A stretch of DNA of 64,000 nt, from the NCBI RefSeq assembly GCF_028641065.1, contig NC_073410.1:7254001-7318000 (forward strand), in the 5' to 3' direction. The notes below the pieces were generated by a model. It saw only the letters and a list, made by a program, of their open reading frames with translations. It searched no databases and was not told the DNA's origin. The position numbers were made by a program, and so were the translations under genes. The DNA comes from Leucoraja erinacea. Lineage: Eukaryota. Every line of letters begins with the position of its first letter. Positions within the stretch are counted from its first letter, which is position 1. This document shows, in pieces, positions 51,778-64,000 of the stretch.

Positions 51778-52276
51778 CTAAAGACTGCTGGAACTATACC
51801 CTATGAATACACAACAGAATATCTTTGTGCCTCAGAGCGCCCATTTCCATCCTGACTACGGGTGCTGTCTGTGCGTAGTTTGTACATTCTTCCCGTGACC
51901 AGCGTGGGTTTTCTCCAGGAGCTCAGGTTACCTCCCACAGTCCAAAGACGTACAGGTTAATTAGTTTGGTATAACTTGGTGTCCCTAGAATGTGTTAGTG
52001 TGCAGGAATGGCTGTAGTCGCCGGGTACTTGGTGGGCCGAAGGGCCTGTTTCAAATGCCTTTCTCTAAACTAAACTAAACATTGCTGGAAATCGAGCAAA
52101 GGTTCCTCCAATATTCTGCCGTGACTTTGCTGGGAGGTGAATGGAAACCATTGCTGCTGGGTCTGCACTGACCTTCTGTCAATGGAATGAGGGGGTTTCG
52201 GTGGGAGACCATGCCCCATGCACCACTAAAGAGTGCTGGGACCTAACGCTATGAATACACAACAGAATCTCTTTGT
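51778..52276 (+). repeat. ~50-bp imperfect direct repeat (51778-51828, 52226-52276)
   Basis: CTAAAGA.TGCTGG...CTATGAATACACAACAGAAT.TCTTTGT occurs twice, bracketing a SINE. Confidence 0.8.
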
Positions 52277-53940
52277 TTGTCACTTCATCGCCATGTCAAC
52301 CCACTTATTTATTTCATGTGAAGTTTGGCACAAGTTCATTATATTAATAGCAGAGTTCACCACCTAAGCATGCAGTGAGGAGACATAACTGGTCACACAT
52401 GCCTCATTGAGAAGTGTAAAAAGTCTGGATTAAATCACCTTTTTTTATTAGTTTGAGTCATTCAGGCAAAACTAACAGTGAGCTAATGCAATTTAAATAG
52501 CCTACATCGTGTAAGGTGGAGAAACGAGGAACTGCAGATGCTGAAGATTCAGGAGGGTCCTGACATGAAACGTCGCCTGTCCATATTTTCCTATGATGCT
52601 GCCTGACTCGCTATTTAAATGACTCTCCAACTTTGTGTCAGTGTAGGATGGTAAACTGGGTAAACCTTTGGTGCTGTTCTGCAAATTAATCCCATGGGAT
52701 TTCATCCCAACATGTGGGTGTGCAGTCTTGGTTCTTGGTTTCAGATCTCATCCATGTGATGACATTGGTGCTGCTGTGGGGATGTTTGTGCAGTGGACTA
52801 TTGTGTTGTGTGGTTTTTTTTAATTTTATTTTTTGGATGACTGTAAGAGAAAGAGGGACTAAAGATGGACATTAGCTACTATGCTATAATCTTGCATATT
52901 TACATGCAAATGTCCATTAATATGCAGTGTCCATGTTCAAAAAATAACCAAACATGCCAATGGGTGTTTCACTGCTGCTGTGCCACACAGTGGTTCATCC
53001 TCTGCAGTGGGACCCGAATATGCGACCTCCTGGATTAACAGTGAGTACATGATTCACTCCTTTAGAGATACAATGGGGAAACAGGCCCTTCGGCCCACCG
53101 AGTCCGTGCCAACACACGACCACCCTCACTCTTGTTCTATATACTACAGACTAGGGACAATTTACTTACAAACCTGCGCAACTTTGGAATGTGGGAGGAA
53201 TCCGGAGCACCCGGAGAAAACCAACGCGGTCACGGGGAGAACCTACGTCCAAACTCCGTATAGACAGCACCCGTAGGCAGGATCAAACCTGGGTCTCTGG
53301 AGCTGTAAGACAGCAACTTTAGCACTATGCCTCCCTATTGGCACTGCTAGAATGCCAACATTCAAATGCACTGACACTTTGTCAATCCTTCAGCGGATGT
53401 CTCTAAGGTAACTGGTAACACCTTATGAAAAGTCAATAACATTCGCAGGGCCTGTCTCCTCCGAGGTTTAGTAGCATCCTTGAATCCTGAAACTAATAGG
53501 CAAGAAGGAAGGCACACAGGCAGAACGGTGCACACGTTGAGATCAATACTACATGAGTACTGTACTGAGCAAGTGGCAGAACAAACATAAATGAGTCTGA
53601 AGAAGGGTCCCGTCCTGAAACGTCACCTGTCCATGTTCTCCAGAGAGGCTGCCTGGCCTTCTGAGTTAATCCTGCACTTTGTGTCCTTTTGTATCTGCTG
53701 TTCCTTGTTTCTCCAGAGTAAATCGACCGACTGACTGAGACCACATCATCTTTCTTTTCTTAGATCAGCAAACACATCCAAGATTCATCTAGATTTCACA
53801 CTGGTGAGACTCAATGTCTCCCTGGTCAGGGGAATGACTCGCTGAGACCCTGTGCCAACTGGTAGACCTGATTTAGCTTCAGTGGGAAATGCATTGAAAC
53901 AGCGTTTAGGAAACACACCCAGAGAAAAGGTAAGAGTGAG

Positions 53941-54248
53941 CGTGGGGTGGCACAGTGGTAGAGTTGCTGCCCTACAGCGTCAGAGACCCAGGTTCGATCC
54001 TGACTACGGGTGCTGTCTGTATGGTGTTAGCATGCACTCCCCCGATACCGTGTGGATTTTCCCCAGGTGGTCCAGTTTCCTCCCACACTCCAAAGACGTA
54101 CAGGTTTGTAGGATAATTGGCTTTGGTAAAAATTGTAAATTGTCCCCAGTGTGTGCAGGACGTTGTCAGTGTATGGGCTGATCGCTAGTCTCCGTGGGCT
54201 CGATGGGCCGAAGGGCCTGTTTCTGCGCTGTATCTCCAAACTAAACTG
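53941..54248 (+). mobile_element. HE1-like SINE
   Basis: Consensus match. Others at 47260-47700, 51830-52080, 53060-53330, 56060-56357, 58795-59092, 62075-62420 and 62585-62810. Confidence 0.88.
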
Positions 54249-55187
54249 AAGAAAAACCGATGGAAAGAGATGGCGAATCTCAACATTTCATTGATTTCTG
54301 TGTTTGAACTTCTCCTGCTGATCAAACGGAGCCATGCCACGCAGCTTGGAGTCTTCTGGGTACGCCAGCAATCTGCGGAATGCAACCATCCATCCTCACA
54401 TCATCTGACCACTCCTCAGCCTTCAAAATACGGCTGCTATTTATCTTCAACCGCAAGAACAATAGGCTCCTGTTCACAAACAAAATAAGCTGATCTTTGT
54501 TTTATTCATTAAGTTATAGTTTCCTCATGGGGGGCCTTGTCTTGGCAAAGCTCACATCCAGTTATCAAGTCAGCAGATTTCTGGGATTTAATAATATTAT
54601 TGCTTCCTGTATTTGTGCTACTTCACCGCGACGTGACTGACAGCATGGCAAACAGAACTCTGTGGGTCAGGCAGCATCTGTGAAGGGAATTGGACAGACA
54701 GACCATGTTTAGGGTCTATTCCATGTTGAGTCTGAAGAAGGGTCTCGACCCAAAACGTCACCTATTCCTTCTATTCAGAGATGCTGCCAGACCCACTGAG
54801 TTTGTGCTGAAGGGCCTGTCTCCGCGCTGTATCTCTAAACTAAACTAAACTAAAATTAGCCAAAGTTCTTATGCTGCAGCCTCTTAAGTCGGATTATCAC
54901 AACTGCAGCTCATGAGCAAGAGGGATATCAACTGAGAAACAGCTGGCACTTATTCTAGGGTGGAGTGAAAAGCATCTGACCAGAGTTGGGATCTGAGAGA
55001 TCTTCATCTTGCCCAATGGTCCTATTGTGTGGGAAGGAACCGCAGATGCTGGTTTAAACTGAAGATAGACACAAAAAGCTGGAGTAACTCAGCGGGACAG
55101 GCCGCATCTTTGGAGAGGTGGAATAGGTGATGTTTTGGGTCGAGACCTTTCTTCAGTATCCTGACTGGAAAGCTGTTTAACATCTAA

Positions 55188-55505
55188 AGGGCCTGTCCCA
55201 CTGTACTAGCTAATTCAAGAGCTCTCCCAAGTTTAATAAAAAATCAAACTCGCGATAAGCAGGTAGAATGTACGTAGCGGGTACGCCGGAGCTCGGGGAC
55301 ATCTCTTAGCGGCTCGTAACGCTAATGGCAGGTACTCGGGAAACGCGGTAAGCTCGGGAAGACTGGTGAAGATTTTTCAACATGTTGAAAAATGTCCACG
55401 AGAGCCCTGAGTACCTACGAGCGGCCATTACCGTAATTCTCCGAGTTCGAATCAGGGGAAACTTGGGAGAACTCTTGAATTAGCTCGTATAGTGGGACAG
55501 GCCTT
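55188..55505. mobile_element. PIF/Harbinger-type MITE (type A)
   Basis: Same TIRs. Flanks TAA / TCA. Confidence 0.88.
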
Positions 55506-57254
55506 TCAAGCCCCTAGCAGAAACAATGCTTTGCTTCCAGAAGTCTGGATATATATTAAAACTACAGAGCACACGGGTACCTCCCTGACAGCCCATTGCC
55601 ATCTGTTAAACTTTGAGAGCTATCTGAATCTATTCCGCATTAGCGAAACTGCTATAGTGATGATGTTGACAAACCAATCCTTGTGCCTTCAGGGAGCACT
55701 TATGTTAATGGCCATCAAGATTACGCAGCTAATATACCATCGAGCACTTTGAATACTCATTCCCACGTTCTTCAGATTCATTAGCTTCTTCCCGATGCTT
55801 TTGTTGAAAGGTTGGTGGGGGTGCACAGCAGACAGGTGTCGGTGTAGGGTGGTGGTAAGAAATGCCATGTTAATGCCATCTGCACCAATCCATGTGTCCA
55901 CTTGTGGGGAAGGTGCCATCAGTGACCATGCTGTCCGCTCCTAACCAAATGTACCCGGTTTGAACTGTGCCAGATACAGGTGGACAGACTGAGGGATGGT
56001 GCAATCCCAGGATCACCCCCAAGCTAAGACTAGAGACTGGAGACTTTAAAGACACAGACTTTAAAGACACAGCGAGGAAACAGGCCCTTCGGCCCACTGA
56101 GTCTGTGCCATCCAGCGATCAGCTCATACACTAGCGCCATCCTACACGCTAGGGGCAATTCACAATTTACGGAAGCCAATTAACCTTCAAACCTTAATGT
56201 CTTTGGAGTGTCGGTGGAAACTGAAGCACTCGGTGAAAACCCACCTGGTCACAGGGAGAACGTACAAACTCCGTACAGGTAGCACCCGTAGTCAGGATTG
56301 AACCCAGGTCTCTGGTGCTGTAAGGCAGCAACTCTACCGCTGCACTACTGTGCCATTGAGATAAGGTTACAGGATTGCACAACTTGTAGAGCTGCTGCCT
56401 CACAGCTGCAGTGACCTTGGTTCAACCTGAACTCCAGTGCTATCTGTGCGGAGTTTGCACGTTCTCACAGTGATCGTGTGAGCTTCCTCGGTGCATCAGT
56501 TTCCTCCCACATCCTCTAGACGTGCAGGCTAATTAACCATTGTAAATCACCATTAATGTATAGACGGGGAAGGAATCTGAGGAGATCTGAGGGGAATGAG
56601 GGGACAATTAGAATGCAGTTCATGAAGGTTTAGTGTAATTGATGGCGTGTGGTCGGTGCAGACTCAGTTTGGCCTGTTTCTGTGATATGTGTCTATGACT
56701 CTAAAAGGCTGGTACACCAGTGCAAGATCGAGACACAAGAGACTGCAGATGCTAGAATCTTGAGCAGAACCGCAGGAAAAATGTTCTCGATGTTGGGGGA
56801 GTCGAGAACCAGGGGTCGCAGCTTAAGAATAAGCGGAGGGCCATTTAAGACTGAGATGAGGAAAACCAGTTTCACCAAGAGAGTTGTGAATCTGTGGGAT
56901 TTTCTGCCACAGTAGGCAGTGGAGGCCAATTCACTGGATGCTTTCGAGAGAGAGTTAGATCCTCTCTATTGGATTCAAATCTCAGTCATTACTCCAGTTC
57001 TGTGTACTAAGTGGGAAAGCTCCAAGGCATATTGATTTTTCACTTTGGGTGATGGCTGCAAAACGTTCCCTTCCTTCAACAGGGTCAACAACTGCAAACC
57101 TGTGTCCTTCCTCCCAATGCAAGTCAACTATAGACTCAAGGAACTGCAGATGCTGGTTTACAAAACAAGAACAAGCAAAGTGCTGGAGGAACTCAACGAG
57201 TCAGGCAACATTTCTGGAGAACATGGCTAGGTGATGTTTCGGGTCAGGATTGTT

Positions 57255-58017
57255 TACAAGTGGTCATGCAGATGGCACGCAAAGATTTTGTACATCCCAA
57301 AATCCTGGGGCGCCGTATGCAACTGCGCGTCACTGCCTACGTCACCACGTACTATGCGCGCGTAATGTGCACCATGCGTGACGCATAAATGGTGTCGCGT
57401 AAATGACGTGCAAATGGCGTCCAAGTCCTTTAGGGAATTTTACATTTGCCCAAAAATGCAAAGTCTAGAATTTGCCGTCTCAAAAAGGCATTGAGACAAA
57501 AACTCTTTGCACATTGAAGGCCTGCTCGATGAGCTTTGATGTTCTAATGTAAAGTTTGTTTTGCAAATTAAAAAAAATATCTACAGGGTCATAGAGAGCT
57601 TGAAAGTTGGATGAGTCTGAAAGGCTACACTGAGCAGTGGAATATGACGGGATGAATAGGTTCTTTTCTGCTGCAAATTGCTTATACTCCACGAGTCCCT
57701 TGGAATGTACTGCCGTGGGGGAACATAGCAGAACTTTCTCACTCTCCCAAAGGTGAATAAAGTTATGCACAAACATAAAAGCTCTTTTATTCCATCTTCC
57801 AGGAAAAGTTGCATCTTAAGTCACAAAGCGAGTTAAGAAAACAAAAAGCAGGAGGTAGTTGTTTAGTTTAGTTCAGAGATACAGGAAACAGGAAACGGGC
57901 ATCGTGGCGCGTACATGATGCACCGTCGCGGGCGGCAAACCAGGATTTTGGGATTCACAAAACCTTCGCGCGCCACCTGGGTGACGTGCAAATGACGCCC
58001 AAGTGGGACAGGCCCTT
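57255..58017. mobile_element. Two partial MITE copies (type D; ~57255-57430 and ~57897-58017), internally inverted relative to each other
   Basis: CCAAGTGGGACAGGCCCT-TTA end near 58017. TCCCAAAATCCTGG in the first copy versus CCAGGATTTTGGGA in the second. Confidence 0.65.
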
Positions 58018-59534
58018 TACTCCACCACGTTGTGCCTATCTCATTGTTTACCAGCACCGGCAAACCCACCAAAGCCCTTGGAGTAAATGAAATGCCTTGC
58101 ATGTCAATGGATTATCAGGCATTAGCTCTCAATGCCCACCCACCCCCCACTCCAGGCTCGGAAGAAGGCCTGATACTGTCCCGTGACCGTCAGCTGTGTG
58201 TGAGTCACTCCTCCTGCAACAGGCAGGTCCAGGAATGCTTTGTGTTTTAACAGCGTGTCTGGGCACAGGAGGCAGAGTCTGGCAGGAGCACCAGAGAACA
58301 ATCGAACCCCCCCGCAGAGTGTTTTTTTTTTTCCCACCCCGTCCCTCTTCCAGATGCCTGCTGAAACAAAAGGCCAAAAGAATCTTTCGCAAGGGGGGAC
58401 TTCACTGCACAAAGCGACCTCATGGGGTCGGAGGACAAAACTGAGTCGCGCCTCCAGCTGACTCAAACAGCCAGGAAATCACATGATGCTGAATGAAAAC
58501 CAAAACACGAAAGGTTGACTTTTCAAATTAGCAGCTGATAGAGCGAGAGGGAGCGAGAGAGGGGGCAAGATCTCCGTAAAGTGCTGAAATGTGATATGTG
58601 CCTTTTGATGCCGAGATTCTGTGTTGCTGAGGTTTACTGAGACAAACACCTCATGAACATTGGATGTCGGAAGAAAACTACCAGAACAGGATTTACGTTC
58701 TCTGAATTCCATGAGGCACATTCGCTGGGAATGCAATTTTCCTTTTAGCACAAGAAAACAGACTTTTAACAACCTCTGGGCTTCCGAAAGACTTTACTTT
58801 AGATGAAAGTTGTACTGGAGGAACCCTGTTGAAACAGGCCCTTCGACATGAGACCGTGCCAACCCTGTACACTAGCACTATCCTACACACTAGGGAGCAA
58901 TTAACAATTTTATACCAAGCCAAATAACCTACAACCCTGTACGTCTTTGAAGTGTGGGTGGAAACCAGTGGATGCAGAGAAAACCCACACGGTCGCAGGG
59001 AGAACGTGCAAACTCCATACAGACAGCATCCGCAGTCAGCATCGAACTAGTATCTCTGGTAGTGTAAAGCAGCAACTCTACCGCTGTGTCACTTCATACC
59101 TATTAATGTACTGTACTTTAGAACTGCAGTCACTGTATTAACAGATTCCACGAAATGTTGGAGTAACTCAGCTGCCTGTTCCGCTGAGATACTCCAGCAT
59201 TTTGTGTCTATCTTCGGTGTACACCAGTATCTGCAGTTCTTTCCTAAACAGATCCGCTGACATCAGCTCATACATGGGTTGCTGCCTAAAAGAACAGCTT
59301 GCATCAGGTCTCCTTCACAGACCAGCTCGTTCCCAGTTAAGCAACGTGTCAGTCAATTATCAGTCCTGGAATTACCACCCCGATTCAGATTCAGATGAGT
59401 TTATTGTAATATACACCAGGGGGCAATGAATTGCTTGTTCACATGAAGCTCACAAAGTCAATAGCACACAGTGGTGATAGACTGCGAAACAGAGGCAAAA
59501 CAGCAGAATGATGCAAAGATATTGTGCAATAGAT

Positions 59535-59825
59535 AGTTTAGAGTTTAGATACAGCGCGGAAACAGACCCTTCGGCCCATCGAGTCCGCACCGACCAGTAA
59601 TCCCCGCACATTAACACTATCCTACACATTTACATTTATACCAAGCCAATTGACGTACAAACCTGCACGTCTTTGGAGTGTGGGAGGAAACCGAAGATCT
59701 CGGAGAAAACCCACACAGGCCACGGGGAGAACGTGCAAACTCCGCACAGACAGCACCCGTAGTTGGGATTGAACCCGGGTCTCCGTCACTGTAAGGCAGC
59801 AACTCTACCGCTGCGCCACCATGCT
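59535..59825 (-). mobile_element. HE1-like SINE
   Basis: Near-consensus full-length copy. Confidence 0.9.
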
Positions 59826-59869
59826 GAACGAAGTAGGGTGAAGGCAGGGAGTCTTTTACCCCGGGTATG

Positions 59870-60580
59870 ATACCATGGCGGTGCTGGCTTGAAGGGCTGA
59901 ATGGCCTACTCCTGCACCTATTGTCTGTTGTCTATTGAGGAACCAGAGGTCACAGGTTTAAAGTGAGAGGAGCAAGATTTAATAGGAACCTGATGGGCAC
60001 CATTTTCCCACAGAGGGTGGTAGATATATGGAATGAGTTGCCAAAGGACAGCACAGTGCCAAAGGTAGAGTTTTTGTGCGCCAGAGATCCAGGTTCGATC
60101 CTGACTATGGGTGCTGTCTGTATGGAGTTTCCACGTTCTCCCATAGACTGCATGGGTTTTCTCCGGGTGCTCTGGTTTCCCGTCACATTCCAAAGACGTA
60201 CAGGTTTGTAGGTTAATTAGCCTCTGTAACATTGTCAATTGTCCCCAGTGTGTAGGATGATGCTAGTACTGCTCACGGGATGATCGCTGGTTGTCACGGA
60301 CTATGTGGGTAGCAAGGCTTGTTTCCACGCTGTATCTCTAACGTCTAACATCTAAAGGAGATAGTTAAAGGAGGTAAGGATATGGAACGAGCTGCCAGAG
60401 GAGGTAGTTGAGGCAGATACTATAACAGCCTTTACACAACACTTGTACAAGTTCATGGATAGAAAACGTTTCGAGGAATGTGATTCAAATGCAGGCAAAT
60501 GGAAGTAGCTTATTTGGTGTGACTTGGTTGGGCTGGACAAGTTGGGCTGAAGGGCCTGTTTCCGTGCTGCATGACTCTAT
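59870..60580 (+). mobile_element. CR1 3' fragments interrupted by a SINE (~60045-60350)
   Basis: TRGHRFK...QRVVDIWNELP resumes after the SINE with WNELPEEVV and a GGGCTGAAGGGCCTGTTTCCGTGCTG tail. Confidence 0.8.
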
Positions 60581-60666
60581 GCAAATCTGAAGTGGTGGAA
60601 AAAACAAATACTGAAGCAATAACAGAATAACTGAATGAGTTTATAGTTGCCTGAGTTTATAGTGAA

Positions 60667-60764
60667 AATAGACTCCAAATGCTGGAGAAAATCAGCAGGA
60701 GAGGCAGCATCTCTGGAGAGAAGGAATGGGTGATGTTTCGGGTCGAGACCCTTCTTCAGACTGA
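60667..60764 (-). mobile_element. Solo PLE terminal-repeat insertion with 18-bp TSD
   Basis: GCCTGAGTTTATRGTGAA at 60649-60666 and 60765-60782. Confidence 0.85.
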
Positions 60765-61108
60765 GCCTGAGTTTATGGTGAATAGTTATGTATAGGATGG
60801 CTCCCCTGCAAAGCTTTCTGGTGCCTATTGCTATTTTAGAGGAATTTTACAAATGGGAGCTGTTGTTACAGACTGCAGTTGTGGAGCAATGGGAAACACT
60901 GAGTGATTTATCTTCTGCAAGGTTCACCATTGTGGCTTACCAGAAGAATTAGGTTGTACTGCAGTTGCTAATCAAAGTTACCACAGGTTGTAAATTCAGA
61001 TCCTCTACATAAGACAAGAGTCAATGCTCTGGAATTGACCTGAGCAACAGAGCTCTGGCCTACACAGTCCATTATAAACTCGAAGAAAGACACAAAGTGC
61101 TGGAGTAA

Positions 61109-61406
61109 AGGGGCTTTCCCACTGTACGAGCTAATTCAAGAGCTTTAAACAAAAATCAAACTCGTGGTAAGCACGTAGAATGTACGTAGCGGGTACGTCG
61201 GAGCTCAGGACGTCTCTTAGCAGCTCGTAACGCTAACGGCAGGTACTCGGGAAACACAGTAATCTAGTGAAGATTTTTCAACATGTTGAAAAATGTCCAT
61301 GGGAGCCCTGAGTACCTACGAGCGGCTATTACCGTAATTCTCCGAGTTCGAATCAGGGGAAACTCGGGAGAACTCTTGAATTAGCTCGTACAGTGGATCA
61401 GCCCCA
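61109..61406. mobile_element. PIF/Harbinger-type MITE inserted into a PLE terminal-repeat unit
   Basis: Interrupts the consensus GCTGGAG-TAA-CTCA. TAA is duplicated at 61106-61108 and 61407-61409. Confidence 0.9.
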
Positions 61407-63843
61407 TAACTCAATGGGTCAGGCAGCATCTCTGGAGAAAAAGGAATAGGTGGCGTTTCGGGTCGAGACCCTTCTTCAGACCCGACCCGACCTGAATGGT
61501 CAGCCATCCTTTTTGTCCAGAGATGCTGCCTGAACCACTGAGTTATTTACTCCTGTACTTTGTGTCTATCTTCAGTATAATCTGTAGTTCCTTTCTGCAC
61601 CCATTATAAAATAGGGTGGGGTAAAAGCAATCTCCAAATATAATCGCATTACAGCCCTGAGCAACCACACAGGACTGTAGTTACACCCTCTGTGATGCTG
61701 TATCAGATAGCCAATGTTAAATTTAATGGGTAATAGGCATGTCCTACAGCCAGAAGATGTGGTGTCTAGTTTCACTCCAGAGATTTAAGCACAATGTCTA
61801 GGCTGACACTTCCTTTAGGTATTGCAGCAATGTTACACTGTCAACTGCACCATTCAATGGGCGTATTATCATTCTTTGGGGCAACAGCACCATTCTCATG
61901 GAGTTATTTCAAAAGGTGAAATAGAATCTGGGTTAATATTTATCCCACAACTGAGATCAGGAATCAAAATGGGCAGATTTTCAGCTACTGGCGACAAAGA
62001 GACCCAGCCATGAACTGCCAAAGAAATATGTCAGTATTCAAAGCAAGCAACTCATTGTACAAGAAAGAATGTGCGGCAAGGTGGCACAGCGGTAGAGTTG
62101 CTGCCTTAAAACGCCAGAGACCCGGGTTCGATCCTGGCTATGGGTACTGAGTTTGTACGTTCTCCCCAGGTTCTCCGTGGGTTTTCTCCGGGGATCCTCC
62201 CACTTTCCAATGACGTACAGGTTTGTATGTTGTGTGTAAGAAAGAACTGCAGATGCTGGTTTATACCGAAGATAGACACAAAAAGCCAGTGAAACTCAAC
62301 AGGTCAGACAGCATCTATGAGAAAAGGAATAGGTGACGTTTCAGGTCGAGAACCTTCTTCAAACACGTTATTTGGCTTCTGTAAATTGTAAATTGTTAGT
62401 GTATGGGGTGAAGTGGGTTGTCGCAAACTCAGTTCACACGGACAACTCCCGAGGTCAGGATTGAACCCGGATCCCTGGCGCTGTGAGGCAGCAGCTCCAC
62501 CCGCTGCACCACCGTGCAGGCCTAGATAGATAACCGGAAACAAAGCATCCCACATCCACATTAACGGGACGGAGGTGGAACGTGGCCCCCGCACATTAAC
62601 ACTATCCTACACAATAGGGACAATTTTTCCCCCCATATATACCAAACCAATTAACCTACAAACCTGTACGTCTTTGGAGTGTGGGAGGAAATGATGTCGG
62701 AGAAAAGCCACACAGGTCACGGGAGAGCGCACAAACTCCATGCAGGCAAACACCCGCAGTCGGGATCGAACCCGGGTTTCGGGCGTTCCACGGCTACGCC
62801 ACTGTGCCGCCCATTCCTGGGTATTTGAGTTGCCGAACCAGGATGTGATGCGACCACTGAACCAGGTAGTGTATCTCAATCACCGGTGCCTTCCTATTCT
62901 CCACATTTCCGGTTCTCCCTTAGAAAAGACTCCCCCCCCCCAATAAAAGCAAGGTGATTTCCAATGACTGAAATGCAGTTAATTGAGTGCACGAGTCATC
63001 AAATTCTGTGCACAAAGTCAGAAATGTTGCCGCTGCCTTTGACTGCGCGCGGAATGATCAAATCATCTCAGTGGGAGATCTGCCCTCAGTTGTGGCCTCC
63101 ATAATCCATAAGAGGAACGTGCAAAGATTTGCAGAGAAGAAACTAAATTTAATGTATTCCACCTGGAGCCTAAACACATTATGGATCGTTTTTTTTTAAC
63201 AAAGAAAAAACAAGAGAGACTGTTAAATGTTATAAATAGGGTTGGCATATTAAATGCTAAATTGCTACCAGGGATGGGAGAGTATGAATACAGCCATAAC
63301 TGTAATACATTTAGTGATTAAGTAGGAAATTCTGGAGTTTTATTTCGCCCAGAACTTGCTCATACAAGGGCCATTCAGGCGGATGGCATGGGTGATCGGA
63401 GAGTAAGCTGGAAGGAGAAAGGAATGGAGGAACATGATGAAGCGGGGGTGGGGGTGGGATTTTGGGGTGGGGGGTGGGGGATAGAGAGTAGGAGGGTTGA
63501 ACAAAGTTCTACACACTGCCACCACACCACTGACTTGCCCTTTCCTGGTCTTTTGCAAACCAAAATCAGACTTTTCAGCGACTTGAGAGGTTTAAGATAG
63601 GGTCGGAGTTTAGATTCATAGATATAGAGTATGGAAACAGGCCCTTCGGCCCCCCTTGTCCATGCTGAGCAAGATGTCCCATCTAATCTAGTCTTGACAA
63701 CTCTCTATGAGCTGTTGCAGAAGACCTACTCTTATTCACTTCAGCTCTGTATGATTGTACTCATGGCTCGATTTGACTGGATAGCATGTAAAACAATGCT
63801 TCTCACTGTACATCTGTACATGTTACAACGATAAACTAAACTA

Positions 63844-64000
63844 GGGCGGCACGGTGACACAGCGGTAGAGTTGCTGCCTTACAGTGCTTGCAGCACCGGA
63901 GACCCGGGTTCGATTCCGACTACGGGTGCTACAACTACGGAGTTTGTACGTTCTCCCCGAGTGACCTGCATGGATTTTCTCCGTAATCTTCAGTTTCCTC
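63844..64000 (+). mobile_element. HE1-like SINE (runs off the window)
   Basis: GGGCGGCACGGTGACACAGCGGTAGAG...GGTTCGATTCC head. Confidence 0.88.

Noticed and set aside
63844-63925. tRNA-like sequences with A/B boxes (many copies)
   Set aside because: These are SINE heads that continue into the V-domain and LINE tail, not tRNA genes.
1-64000. CRISPR array, prokaryotic operons or defence systems
   Set aside because: The sequence is vertebrate repeat-rich DNA. Repeats are dispersed TEs, not regularly spaced repeat-spacer arrays.

Overview
Vertebrate non-coding DNA, most likely from a cartilaginous fish (skate/ray-like). This is inferred from the repeats: HE1/V-SINE-type tRNA SINEs with CR1/HER1-type tails, DeuSINE remnants, Rex1/Babar and Penelope-like elements. 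I found no convincing host protein-coding exon in 64 kb, so the window reads as part of a very long intron or a gene desert. The only substantial coding sequence is a young, 5'-truncated Penelope-like retroelement (RT + GIY-YIG, minus strand, 36290-37879, 12-bp TSD). Its 3' terminal ~130 nt carries a minimal hammerhead-ribozyme-like core and recurs about 25-30 times (counted by eye) as solo and fold-back insertions. Also present: a PIF/Harbinger-type MITE family (TWA TSD shown at empty sites), a pogo/Tigger-like element wrapping a ~950-bp GC-rich palindrome, a CpG-rich non-autonomous retroelement family, an RTE-derived short element, a local tandem duplication and a 191-N gap. The most notable non-repeat signal is a minus-strand polypyrimidine-CAG|GTAAGT junction at 30983/30982 followed by a 146-nt exon-like segment, the architecture of a vertebrate recursive-splicing site. 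Repeat boundaries were read by eye and are approximate unless a TSD or TIR is quoted.
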